Shown here piece after piece: positions 45,918 through 54,410 of a DNA stretch of 64,000 nucleotides. Made by a program: the position numbers and the translations under genes. The stretch comes from an uncultured Candidatus Saccharibacteria bacterium. Its GTDB lineage: Bacteria > Patescibacteriota > Saccharimonadia > Saccharimonadales > UBA7683. Position 1 is the stretch's first letter. Every line of letters starts with the position of its first letter. The stretch covers positions 559,863 through 623,862 of the forward strand of contig CAZWBG010000001.1 in the NCBI GenBank assembly GCA_964632215.1, given 5' to 3'. The notes beneath the pieces were generated by a model. The model was not told where the DNA came from. It did no database searches and saw only the letters and a program-made list of their open reading frames with translations.

Positions 45918-46412
45918 ATGATCAAAAGAGTTGCTATTGGCTTCATGACAATCGTAGCTCTTACGATCGCCGCAAGCCTGCTGTATTTCTTTTTCGTATC
46001 ACCCTATAGGGTATACATCGTACATACTGGATCGATGGGTCAAACTATTCCCTCCAGAAGTGCGGTATTCGTTCAAGAAGGTGAATACAAAGTAGGGCAA
46101 GTTGTCACCTTTAAGATGCATGGCGAAGTGGTAACACACCGCCTTGTCAGCATTGGTAGTGATGGAAACATCACAACAAAGGGAGATGCGAACGCTAGTG
46201 AAGATACGACTCATCCACCAACGAGTGACATCATTGGTGGAGTCGTAAAAGCACCAAAGCACCTTGGTTGGATGATTGTATTTTTCAAACAGCCAAGTGC
46301 GTGGTTAATGTTCATTTCTGCAGGGCTCTGTATTTGGATGATCTGGTCTCCCTACGAGGAGCCCACGACCGAATCAGAATCTGAACCAGAGGCCGAACCT
46401 TTGAACGCATGA
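45918..46412 (+). CDS. sipW: Signal peptidase I, SipW (archaeal/ER) type
   Basis: TM segment followed by VHTGSMGQTIP (catalytic Ser box), VVTHRLV (His box) and TKGDANASED. Confidence 0.8.
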   Translation: MIKRVAIGFMTIVALTIAASLLYFFFVSPYRVYIVHTGSMGQTIPSRSAVFVQEGEYKVGQVVTFKMHGEVVTHRLVSIGSDGNITTKGDANASEDTTHPPTSDIIGGVVKAPKHLGWMIVFFKQPSAWLMFISAGLCIWMIWSPYEEPTTESESEPEAEPLNA

Positions 46413-46414
46413 TA

Positions 46415-46519
46415 CTGTTGCCCCATCTGGATTTCCTCTCCTTACACCAAAGTCCTCACCGGACGTTTTATCCCCAACTGAAAGGTTGGTGTGGAGAAGA
46501 TATTCTGATGGGGCAACAG
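46415..46519 (+). other. 105-nt extended imperfect hairpin (structured RNA or MITE-like element)
   Basis: Outer perfect 13-bp arms are CTGTTGCCCCATC (46415..46427) and GATGGGGCAACAG (46507..46519). A nested inner stem is CTCC..ACACCAA / TTGGTGTGGAG. The element starts 3 nt after the sipW stop. Confidence 0.4.
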
Positions 46520-46673
46520 CCGTGCAAATGTATAGAACATGAAGTAGCGAGGTCTTATGGTCGAGTGAATACACTCCCTTAATCACCTTCTCGCTCTCAT
46601 CTTACAGCCGCACGGCTTTTTCATGCCAAAAGATAACCTTAAGATACTCGGTTTTACAGGCTACACTATTCAA

Positions 46674-47096
46674 CTATGCGGTTGCTTCAGGATCAAAATC
46701 CGTATTCATCCACACTGGCTCCCACATATGGCCGTCAGGGTCTTGTACTTCGTAGCCGAACATCATATCTGTCGGAACACCGGTATCAATTTGATAGTAA
46801 TCACCACCATTTTGCTTAGCAATGTCAGCGAACTGCTGCACTGCTTCTTTTGAATCCAAACTCAACGCAAGTAGTACACCACTAGCATTTTTAGCATCGA
46901 TAATATTCTTGCTACCGATAAATTTTTTGTAAAAATCATGCTTCAGTAGCATTATTACGATCTCTTCTGACCACACCATACTACTGGCATTCTCGTCTGA
47001 GAATTTTGGATTTTTAGTAAAGCCGAGTGCCTCGTAAAACCTAGTTGATTCTGCGAGATCACCGACTGGCAGATTAATAAAGACTTGCTTACCCAT
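46674..47096 (-). CDS. VOC-family (glyoxalase/bleomycin-resistance fold) protein
   Basis: VFINLPVGDLAESTRFYEALGFTKNPKFSDE...DPDGHMWE matches the typical family pattern. Confidence 0.8.
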   Translation of the reverse strand: MGKQVFINLPVGDLAESTRFYEALGFTKNPKFSDENASSMVWSEEIVIMLLKHDFYKKFIGSKNIIDAKNASGVLLALSLDSKEAVQQFADIAKQNGGDYYQIDTGVPTDMMFGYEVQDPDGHMWEPVWMNTDFDPEATA

Positions 47097-47140
47097 ACAC
47101 CCTCCTTTTATTACATAACTATTATCTCACATACGTAAAG

Positions 47141-47671
47141 CTAGAGTAGCTCTGCGCCTTTGGGGAGCGTGCGCATAGCACGATTAAAGCAGCACGGTCT
47201 TCGCTTACCGCTCCTGAGCATCGAGCATAATTTCTTGGGCCGCTCCTTGCGAGTTTTAGGCAGCACAACTGAATCCATCCAACGAATCCACTCCCAACGC
47301 GCCATTGGCGTAATGTCTGCCCATAGGGCCTGCGCCTGTAGGTCAGCTTCTAGAGCATTCTTTAAATCTGTTGGTATCTTAGGTTCCGGCCATGTCTTGG
47401 TCGATTTAATCTCCAGGGTCACTGTGTCGCCTATATCGACTCCGGCAGCTTCACGCATAGTCTTATTGACCCTAAACCAGTGACTCCCTCGGCCGTCTGG
47501 TTCAAGTGGAACACTAAAACGAAGACTATTTATAACCCCCTCGACCATCGTCGTGCCACGTGATGGAAGTTTTGCACTTACATCACCAGGTAGCATGAGA
47601 ATCACTTCTGAGCCGATTTTCTCGGCTGCATCGGGTTTCTGCAACCTAGCTTTAAAACGGATTACCAACAT
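47141..47671 (-). CDS. DUF1905 + YdeI/OmpD-associated domain protein
   Basis: PSRGTTMVEGVINSLRFSVPLEPDGRGSHWFRVNKTMREAAGVDIGDTV (DUF1905-like), followed by P.DLKNALEAD..A.ALW..ITPMARWEWIRW (YdeI-like). Confidence 0.7.
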   Translation of the reverse strand: MLVIRFKARLQKPDAAEKIGSEVILMLPGDVSAKLPSRGTTMVEGVINSLRFSVPLEPDGRGSHWFRVNKTMREAAGVDIGDTVTLEIKSTKTWPEPKIPTDLKNALEADLQAQALWADITPMARWEWIRWMDSVVLPKTRKERPKKLCSMLRSGKRRPCCFNRAMRTLPKGAELL

Positions 47672-47733
47672 ACCTGCGTGCTCCTTGATTATCCTGATAC
47701 TATTTTATACTACCAAATCTTCTACACAACTCA

Positions 47734-47844
47734 ATCAGCAATCTATCTTTTAAGTTTGAGGTAGACCAACATCACCTCAAGGACTTAGTAGAACAGTTGG
47801 GGTTAGCCCGTAACTCCATACTCATCAGCCAACTTCAGGCGTAG
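47734..47844 (+). pseudogene. Start-less coding remnant, copy 1 (ISNLSFKFEVDQHHLKDLVEQLGLARNSILISQLQA*)
   Basis: The in-frame region is bounded upstream by TGA (47695) with no ATG, GTG or TTG. It is paralogous to 48534..48632, and the differences are concentrated at synonymous third codon positions. Confidence 0.45.
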
Positions 47845-47940
47845 TGACAGGACGAGACATTTTGTCATCAGGAATAGAGGTTTTCAGTCTCTGTTGATTA
47901 AATTCGAGGCTTGGCTCCCTCTGGTCGACACATTTCGTAA

Positions 47941-48180
47941 CTATTGGGTGGTAGATTTATGCCATTTGTCATCGTCGCCTTTTTCGTAGCCGCCTTTCTT
48001 AACTGCACTCCAAGCTACACGGTGAGCAGTCTCCTCTCTATCACTATCGCCACGGCGCTCTTCGGGTGTGTCGTACTGACCATAGGCACTATTGAAAGCC
48101 TCTCTGTAGATATGCTGGGCATGGTCGGGGAGCACGTTTCGTACATTCTCAGGTAGCTCGTTAATAGATTTGTATGACAT
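47941..48180 (-). CDS. chaB: ChaB-family protein
   Basis: MSYKSINELPENVRNVLPDHAQHIYREAFNSAY...ETAHRVAWSAVKK. The ATG at 48180 follows AAGGAGG. Confidence 0.75.
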   Translation of the reverse strand: MSYKSINELPENVRNVLPDHAQHIYREAFNSAYGQYDTPEERRGDSDREETAHRVAWSAVKKGGYEKGDDDKWHKSTTQ

Positions 48181-48251
48181 AGTCTGCCTCCTTTTCACTT
48201 AACGGTCTGTACTGTCTATTATAACTCGAGATGCAAGTATGCAACCTTGAA

Positions 48252-48461
48252 TTAAGATTTGTTGTTTAAATACTTACCAGCAACACTTAAAGCAAATGAA
48301 GGAAGTATAATAAAAACAGTTACAAATAAAAGTCTTATAAGTGCTTCACTAAGAGCAGAGTCTTGCTTGTCAGGACCCGAGGCTGTTAGAACGACTAAAA
48401 TCCCCAGGACACCAAAGGCAATTGACGCATAAGTAAATATTCTTGTAGCTATTTTTTGCAT
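48252..48461 (-). CDS. Small hypothetical membrane protein
   Basis: 69 aa with two TM segments. Confidence 0.45.
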   Translation of the reverse strand: MQKIATRIFTYASIAFGVLGILVVLTASGPDKQDSALSEALIRLLFVTVFIILPSFALSVAGKYLNNKS

Positions 48462-48533
48462 ACTTATATTATACCAAACAAAAACACTCTGCTTGCGTAA
48501 GGTGCATATACTTGGCTCCTCCCATACACCTCG

Positions 48534-48632
48534 ATCAGCAACTTAAGGTTTGAGCATGAAGTTGATCAGAGTTACCTCAAAGATTTAGTTAAAAGGCTAG
48601 GATTAAGGCGTTCGGCTCTAACTGTACAGTGA
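48534..48632 (+). pseudogene. Start-less coding remnant, copy 2 (ISNLRFEHEVDQSYLKDLVKRLGLRRSALTVQ*)
   Basis: The in-frame region is bounded upstream by TAA with no start codon. It is paralogous to 47734..47844 and begins exactly 800 bp from that copy. Its 3' end overlaps the end of the convergent DUF2000-like gene. Confidence 0.45.
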
Positions 48633-49046
48633 GAATTTTTTAGTCAACTCTCTTGAATCCTCTTTGTCCATGAAGAAGCATATACCGAAGTATTCTAGTT
48701 CTTCTTCGGGTGTCTCTTTGGTACGCTGATGTTGCTCAACATAAGTACCTTCGATCATTGTGTCTGTAAAGTCGGTAAACGGTATGCCTTTTTCACGCAA
48801 AGTATTTCTCAGTGTTCTAATTTGGTTACCATTTTTAGCTTTCAAAATGATAAAAGGATTGTCTGAGATACTTGGATGTTTTGTACCGTCCTTATCCGTG
48901 TAAGTTTGAAAGCGTAGCTCGTCGTAATTATCAAAAAGTGCGGTCAATCCCACAGACATATGCCCTATAGCATTAAGGGCACGTCCTGGCTCTACTTTTT
49001 TGTTAATGACACAGATAAATTGTTTGGTAGTTGGTTTGCTGCTCAT
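48618..49046 (-). CDS. DUF2000-family protein
   Basis: KQFICVINKKVEPGRALNAIGHMSVGL...YTDKDGTKHPSISDNPFIILKA...TDFTDTM matches the DUF2000 pattern as I recall it. The start is either M13 (49046) or 49082. Confidence 0.55.
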   Translation of the reverse strand: MSSKPTTKQFICVINKKVEPGRALNAIGHMSVGLTALFDNYDELRFQTYTDKDGTKHPSISDNPFIILKAKNGNQIRTLRNTLREKGIPFTDFTDTMIEGTYVEQHQRTKETPEEELEYFGICFFMDKEDSRELTKKFSLYS

Positions 49047-49269
49047 AAGATGATAATAACAGACATAAAACAATTCACCCAAATCGGGTTCGAATCGATT
49101 AATTGATTAGAGATTTTCCAGAAATAAAAAGAAGCCCAAAACAAGTTCACGCTACCTCTATAAATCGTTCAATTTGACTCCGCAGTAAGGTCTAGAACTT
49201 TACTAGGTATATTCAGGAAGTCGAAGCACGAACCTACTAGTATGTGATGTATCTCTTTTTTGAAACTGG

Positions 49270-52155
49270 CTAGTTCTTTACTATGATTTTTCTACGAATG
49301 ATTATAAGTGCCGAACCGCCACCGAAGAGTAAACCTGCTACCACTGCATGCAGAGACATAGACTGACCGGTATCAGCAAGATCCGTGGCGCCACCAGGTT
49401 GCACGGCCAATCCGCCAGACACCACGAGATTGTTAATAATCGCATTGGCGACCAGCGCGAAAGTTGAAAAGCTGCTTGTTTCGCAAGTAATGGTCTTGGC
49501 TGCTATATCAGTGGTACAGCTGTCCAGTTCGTTCCAATTGTTGGCATCATCGTAGTGGTAAATCATTAACGTTTCCGGGTCTATCCCCGTCAGATTAGTA
49601 CTAGGGTAATTGAATGTAATAGCAATGGGCTGCAAAAAATTATCAACAGTTGTCGAGGCGTCCGTAAGAGCTTCAATGTGATACATGTAGCCGCCAAGGA
49701 CTACCAGCGTGCCAGGCTTGCCAATAACTGCCCGCGCTTCACTGGCATCAATGCGCTTAATCTGGAACGTGGCATCGGTGGCTGCAAAACCGCTCGGAAT
49801 AGTTATCGTAATGTCGCCCAAACTCAACGAACCTCCGCTGGCAGTCGTAATAGCCTCTTCCATGTGAGCCATGACTGTTCCTGGACAACCATTTGTAGTA
49901 AAACCCCGGATTTCGCTAACAGCCTGCTGGCTGAATGCATCTTTAGAAAGTACCTGATAATAGTATCTTGTGCACATCTTCAGATTTGGTATCTGATAAG
50001 TATGGCTAGTGACCCGCGGGCCTGTGTTTTGTTCGGCATATATTCCATTAACCAACCCCGAAGTTAGACCGATTGCGATCTGGCTAGACGCTACTTCGTC
50101 GGTGGCCCAGGTAATTGTGGCTGATTCACCGTCGTCTGCCGACGTTGCCACAATGTTGCTAATTATTGGGACAGCAGTGTCGACAGCGTAGTTATTAGAA
50201 CTTGTGGTACCCGTACCGACGTTGCCGCTCAAATCAACCACACCAGTATTATCCAGTACAATGACATTAATTGAATTTGTTGCGCCGGTAGTTGGTGTCA
50301 GAGTCGCAGTCCAGGTTATACCACCGTCGGACGAACTGGGCGAGCTGAGACTGCCGTTTCCAACAACAAAATCAGAGACATCTAACCCTATCACCGCTTC
50401 GCTGAAAGTAATGGTAATAGTTGCGGTTTCACCCGTGACCAGGCTAGTGTCGCTCACTACAATACTTGCGGTGGGGCCTACGTTGTCAGCAGTAGCGACA
50501 GTCTCAATATTAAACGTATCGGTTACTGTCCCGCCGTTGCCGTCATCGGCGATCAGGTCGATTGAAATAGTGCCAACGTCGCCGCTAGCGGGAGTGCCGC
50601 TGAAAGTACGAGTGGCGGCATCGAAACTTAACCATGCTGGCAAAGCACTACCACCGGCAAGTTGCGCGGTATACGTGAGTGTATCGCCAACATCAATATC
50701 ATTAAAAGTATTGGCTGCAAACTGAAAGCTAAAGGCTACGTCTTCGGTGGCATTTTGATTGGGAATTGCGTTAGCAATAGTGGGGACGTCGTTAGTATTC
50801 GCGACAACAATATTGAACGTATCGGTTACCGTCCCGCCGTTGCCGTCATCAGCAATCACATCGATTGTCAGGGTGCCCACATCGCCGTTACTTGGCGTAC
50901 CGCTAAAAGTACGGGTTACTGGATCGAATGATAGCCACGTCGGAAGCGCACCCCCTCCTGCCCATTGGGCTGTGTAGGTAAGTGAATCTTCCAGGTCTGG
51001 ATCGTTAAATGTATTGGCTGCAAACTGGAAGTAGAATGCGGCGTCTTCTGTGCCATTTTGATTTGGGATAGGATTGGCAATAGTAGGTACGTCATTGGTG
51101 TTCGCGATAACAATATTAAATGTGTCAGTAACATCCCCGCCATTACCGTCGCTAGCAATAACATCAATCGATACCGTTCCAACATGTGCGTTCAGTGGCG
51201 TACCGCTAAATGTGCGAGTAGCAGCATCAAACTGTAACCACGCAGGTAGCATCCCACCTCCAGCGAGTTGCGCACTGTAAGTTAATGTTGTTCCGGCATC
51301 AACATCGTTAAAAGTATTGGCGGCAAACTGGAAATTAAATGTACTATCTTCGGTGGCATTTTGATTGGGAATTGCGTTGGCTATTGTAGGCGCGTCATTG
51401 ACATTGGCGATGATAATATCAAACGTATCCGTAGCAGTTCCGCCATTACCATCGTCAGCGATTAGGTCTACTGAAATTATACCAACATCACCATTAACGG
51501 GCGTGCCGCTGAAAGTACGAGTGGCGGCATCGAAGTTCAACCATACTGGTAAAGCACTACCACCAGATAGTTGTGCGAAGTATGTGAGTGTGCTTTCGGT
51601 ACTCTCAAACGTATTGGCTGCAAACTGAAAGCTAAAGGCTGCGTCTTCGGTGGCATTTTGATTTGGGATAGGATTGGCTACAATGGTAGTAAACGGAGCG
51701 CTGGCCTCATCGTACACAGTTATGTCGAAAAAGTCAGACACAGATAGGCCGCCATCGCTAGCTATTACTTCAACTGTAAAATTACCGACATCACCGTTAC
51801 TTGGAGTGCCGCTGAAAGTTCGTGTGGCAGAATCGAACGATAACCATCCCGGCAGAGGACTACCCCCTGATAGTTGAGCTGTGTATGTGATAGGAGCACC
51901 ATCTATATTTTGGAATGCGTTGACTCCAAACGAAAAATTAAAAGCTACGTTTTCGATTGCGCTTTGATCTGGAAGGGGGTTGACTATAACGGGCTGTGCG
52001 GCCCAGGCAGGTACGAAGTGCCCTAAAACAACCCCTGTCAGAATAATGAACACTGCGCTAAGCGATAAGAAAGTCTTAGCTTTTTTATTAAGCCAGAATG
52101 TCTTATTCTTCCATGATCGATTAGAAGTATGTGTAAAACTATTTTTCCAAAACAC
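49270..52155 (-). CDS. Cell-wall-anchored adhesin: five cadherin-like (dystroglycan-type/He_PIG) repeats, a Big-like domain, an FN3-like domain and an LAxTG sorting signal
   Basis: GTG start after GAGGAG, with a signal/TM segment. The repeat is PIPNQNATED.AF.FQFAANTF....TLTY.AQLAGG.ALPAWL.FDAATRTFSGTP.NGDVG...ID.IADDGNGG.VTDTFNI. The C-terminus is LADTG, a hydrophobic segment, then RRK. Confidence 0.85.
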   Translation of the reverse strand: MFWKNSFTHTSNRSWKNKTFWLNKKAKTFLSLSAVFIILTGVVLGHFVPAWAAQPVIVNPLPDQSAIENVAFNFSFGVNAFQNIDGAPITYTAQLSGGSPLPGWLSFDSATRTFSGTPSNGDVGNFTVEVIASDGGLSVSDFFDITVYDEASAPFTTIVANPIPNQNATEDAAFSFQFAANTFESTESTLTYFAQLSGGSALPVWLNFDAATRTFSGTPVNGDVGIISVDLIADDGNGGTATDTFDIIIANVNDAPTIANAIPNQNATEDSTFNFQFAANTFNDVDAGTTLTYSAQLAGGGMLPAWLQFDAATRTFSGTPLNAHVGTVSIDVIASDGNGGDVTDTFNIVIANTNDVPTIANPIPNQNGTEDAAFYFQFAANTFNDPDLEDSLTYTAQWAGGGALPTWLSFDPVTRTFSGTPSNGDVGTLTIDVIADDGNGGTVTDTFNIVVANTNDVPTIANAIPNQNATEDVAFSFQFAANTFNDIDVGDTLTYTAQLAGGSALPAWLSFDAATRTFSGTPASGDVGTISIDLIADDGNGGTVTDTFNIETVATADNVGPTASIVVSDTSLVTGETATITITFSEAVIGLDVSDFVVGNGSLSSPSSSDGGITWTATLTPTTGATNSINVIVLDNTGVVDLSGNVGTGTTSSNNYAVDTAVPIISNIVATSADDGESATITWATDEVASSQIAIGLTSGLVNGIYAEQNTGPRVTSHTYQIPNLKMCTRYYYQVLSKDAFSQQAVSEIRGFTTNGCPGTVMAHMEEAITTASGGSLSLGDITITIPSGFAATDATFQIKRIDASEARAVIGKPGTLVVLGGYMYHIEALTDASTTVDNFLQPIAITFNYPSTNLTGIDPETLMIYHYDDANNWNELDSCTTDIAAKTITCETSSFSTFALVANAIINNLVVSGGLAVQPGGATDLADTGQSMSLHAVVAGLLFGGGSALIIIRRKIIVKN
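50520..51993 (-). repeat. Five tandem ~300-nt repeats encoding the cadherin-like domains (divergent, not identical)
   Basis: Repeat units are readable in the translation. At the DNA level adjacent units align by eye at roughly three quarters identity (not computed). Confidence 0.8.
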
Positions 52156-52301
52156 TGGCTCTCCTCATAAGCTATTGTACTAAGTAAACTATTAATGAAG
52201 CTAAAGCACAACCATTTTAATAGTCGTGTACTATTATTTATTAATCCTAAGCACTTTATAAAGACTAGGATTCCGGTAGCGTAAATGTTTACTGGGTTTT
52301 A

Positions 52302-52330
52302 GTTCAACTACCTTGTCTTGGCTCCGATGG
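52302..52330 (-). repeat. Partial copy of the tRNA-Asn 3' end and downstream flank
   Basis: Minus strand CCATCGGAGCCAAGACAAGGTAGTTGAAC compared with the tRNA-Asn junction CTCCAGAGCCAAGCCAAGTTAGTTGAAG. Within GAGCCAAG.CAAG.TAGTTGAA, 22 of 24 positions are identical. Confidence 0.6.
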
Positions 52331-52464
52331 CTGAATAACTAAGGTACATCTTCGTCGCTTACTCGATGCGAGCATCTGCGTGAGCGCCTTGCTATCAAAC
52401 TGCGAGACCCACGAGCTTGCTTTGTAGTCTCTGGTCGCTGATTCAAATCAGGCGACGTGAGAAT

Positions 52465-52496
52465 AAAAAATAACCCACTGGTGTGAGTTATTTTTT
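52465..52496. terminator. Bidirectional intrinsic terminator
   Basis: AAAAAATAACCCAC-TGGT-GTGAGTTATTTTTT forms a 9-bp stem with one C/A mismatch, with A6 and T6 flanks. It lies just downstream of the CDS ending at 52544. Confidence 0.7.
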
Positions 52497-52543
52497 ATTG
52501 GCTCACAACAATAGAGCAAGTCATAACTGCGATTAAGCTGGAC

Positions 52544-53158
52544 TTAACTTGCAGTTAGTTTGTTGCCATCGACCATCGCACCCGCATAGCCTTCATCGAG
52601 GTAACTGAGAGCTACTTTTGAATCTAGGCAGTATACTATCATATTTTCTTTTTGAAATGTCTTATTCTCAGAATCATTCTGCATGAACAAATCGGGGGTG
52701 TAATCTAGCTTAGAGGCGAGGTCATCTTTAAAGTATTGAGCCGTCTTTTTGCCTAGGTTATGTGCATACTCCAATATTTCAGGCTGGGCTGCAATAATGA
52801 TGCCAGAACTGCCAAACACATCGGTAAGGTAACGCAAAAGCTTTAACGGTACTTTATCCAAGTCAAGACACTTTAAGTCTACGTACCACTCTACCTCAGG
52901 GAATTGAGCCACAATCTTTTCAATAAATCCTTCATTTATATCGTATACCTCATTAATCCTATCTCTGTCTAGGGGATGACAAAATTTAAAAGTCATTTCT
53001 GACGTTGCATATATGTCAATTTCAATTTTTGTGAAACCCGCTCGTACATAGTAGCTAACCTGTTCAAGTGGTTCAGCTACGTCAACTGGTGAGTTACCTC
53101 TATGGACTACAATATTAGTAATGCTCATAAAAACAATTATCTCATACAATGGTTTCAA
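52544..53158 (-). CDS. GDPD-like phosphodiesterase-fold protein (weak assignment)
   Basis: NIVVHRGNSP...AGFTKIEIDIY...FKFCHPLD loosely resembles the glycerophosphodiester phosphodiesterase motif HRG...E.D....HD. The start is either TTG at 53158 or ATG at 53128. Confidence 0.4.
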   Translation of the reverse strand: MKPLYEIIVFMSITNIVVHRGNSPVDVAEPLEQVSYYVRAGFTKIEIDIYATSEMTFKFCHPLDRDRINEVYDINEGFIEKIVAQFPEVEWYVDLKCLDLDKVPLKLLRYLTDVFGSSGIIIAAQPEILEYAHNLGKKTAQYFKDDLASKLDYTPDLFMQNDSENKTFQKENMIVYCLDSKVALSYLDEGYAGAMVDGNKLTAS

Positions 53159-53175
53159 TTCTACTCAGGGTACAT

Positions 53176-53232
53176 AAAAAGTCAGAACCGATAGTTCAGT
53201 TCTGACTTCATCTGTTCTGGCTTGGCTCACCA
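53176..53232 (-). repeat. Copy of the tRNA-Asn 3' end plus its terminator hairpin
   Basis: Minus strand GTGAGCCAAGCCAGAACAGATGAAGTCAGAAC-TGAACTATCG-GTTCTGACTTTTT compared with the tRNA-Asn tail CAGAGCCAAGCCAAGTTAGTTGAAGTCAGAAC-CGTTAATTCA-GTTCTGACTTTTT. The identical blocks are GAGCCAAGCCA, TGAAGTCAGAAC and GTTCTGACTTTTT. Confidence 0.8.
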
Positions 53233-53316
53233 CGATAGAGGAAGTTATAATCGTAATAAAAACGGACCTTGCTTGCTAATTTGCTTATTTTGGCTTCATG
53301 TAATATATTAAGTTAC

Positions 53317-53946
53317 ATGAAAAAGAATACACCCAGCGTGCCTGTAAGCAATCAAGCAAGCGACTCGCATAATATTTTCGATAATCCCGAGCTGTTTATA
53401 GAAAAGTTTGATGGAACCGAACGAGATGACTGGCAAAAACCGAATGAAGTAATCAAAACTTTCAGCATATCGTCCGATGCGGTAGTTGTCGAGATCGGTG
53501 CTGGTACTGGTTACTTCGCTGTTCGTCTGGCCAAGCACGTAAAATATGGGCACATTTTCGCTTACGAGCAAGCCCCTAAAATGGCAGATTATCTTAGAGA
53601 CCGTGTTAATAAACTTGGGCTTAACAATGTTGATGTTCGCATGACTGAGCCAGACGGTAGCCTGGTACTAGAAAAACCAGCTGATCTCATCTTCTCAGTT
53701 GATGTCTATCACCACATCCATGATCGTGTATCATACTTCGCTAAAGTTCTACAGAACCTTAAATCTAAAGGTATGCTCGTAGTGATCGACCGTACTGAAG
53801 AAAAGGTAGAGGGGCAGCCCATGGGACATAGAGTGCCCACAGCAACAGTAAAGAAAGAAATGCAAGAAGCTGGGTTTGAGTTGATTGAGGAATTAAGTAT
53901 GTTGCTACCTGTCCAATACTATCTAGCATTTAAGCGTGCAGAATAA
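53317..53946 (+). CDS. Class I SAM-dependent methyltransferase
   Basis: Motif I VVEIGAGTGYFAVRLA, with DLIFSVDVYHHI downstream. I prefer the ATG at 53317 over the TTG at 53269. Confidence 0.75.
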   Translation: MKKNTPSVPVSNQASDSHNIFDNPELFIEKFDGTERDDWQKPNEVIKTFSISSDAVVVEIGAGTGYFAVRLAKHVKYGHIFAYEQAPKMADYLRDRVNKLGLNNVDVRMTEPDGSLVLEKPADLIFSVDVYHHIHDRVSYFAKVLQNLKSKGMLVVIDRTEEKVEGQPMGHRVPTATVKKEMQEAGFELIEELSMLLPVQYYLAFKRAE

Positions 53947-53952
53947 TCGTCT

Positions 53953-54387
53953 ATGAAAAAAAGTACTAAATTTTCGGATGTATTACATATCCTCCTCCAT
54001 ATGGCAGAATCTAAAGATCCGATCACATCGGATAATTTAGCTAAGGCAATGCAGACTAATCCTGTTGTTGTTCGTAGAACAATGGCTGGGCTGCGGGAGC
54101 AAAGATTTGTTATTTCCCAAAAAGGGCACGGCGGTGGCTGGCAACTTACATGCAATTTAGAAACCGTCACACTGCACGATGTGTATGTAGCAATTGGCTC
54201 TCCGACCATGGTTGCACTAGGAAACCGAACAGATTCATCGAAGTGTCTCGTCGAAAAAACCGTCAACATAGCGACCAATGATGCCTTCATTGATGCGGAA
54301 AAAGCTTTGGTTACTAGCTTTCGTAATACCACGCTAGCAGATCTGAATAAAATTACTTATAAGCATCCCCGCAGAGAACACCCCTAG
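53953..54387 (+). CDS. Rrf2-family transcriptional regulator
   Basis: FSDVLHILLHMAESKDPITSDNLAKAMQTNPVVVRRTMAGLREQRFVISQKGHGGGWQL is a typical Rrf2 wHTH sequence. Confidence 0.8.
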   Translation: MKKSTKFSDVLHILLHMAESKDPITSDNLAKAMQTNPVVVRRTMAGLREQRFVISQKGHGGGWQLTCNLETVTLHDVYVAIGSPTMVALGNRTDSSKCLVEKTVNIATNDAFIDAEKALVTSFRNTTLADLNKITYKHPRREHP

Positions 54388-54410
54388 TTTCATTTCTATT
54401 ATGCGTATAC

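Noticed and set aside
46374-46586. 70-aa minus-strand ORF downstream of sipW
   Set aside because: It overlaps the sipW 3' end and the 105-nt inverted-repeat element. It has no RBS and no recognisable features.
47672-48617. Integron-style attC sites between the same-orientation cargo genes
   Set aside because: I looked for RYYYAAC...GTTRRRY core sites with an imperfect internal palindrome at the cassette boundaries. I found only generic stems such as TTGAG/CTCAA, and no intI gene is in the window. The repeats are better explained as coding remnants and tRNA-end copies.
49083-49269. GGTTCGAATC (tRNA T-arm-like) sequence at about 49088..49097 as a possible tRNA or tRNA fragment
   Set aside because: No acceptor, D or anticodon arms can be folded around it, so the match is probably chance or too decayed to call.
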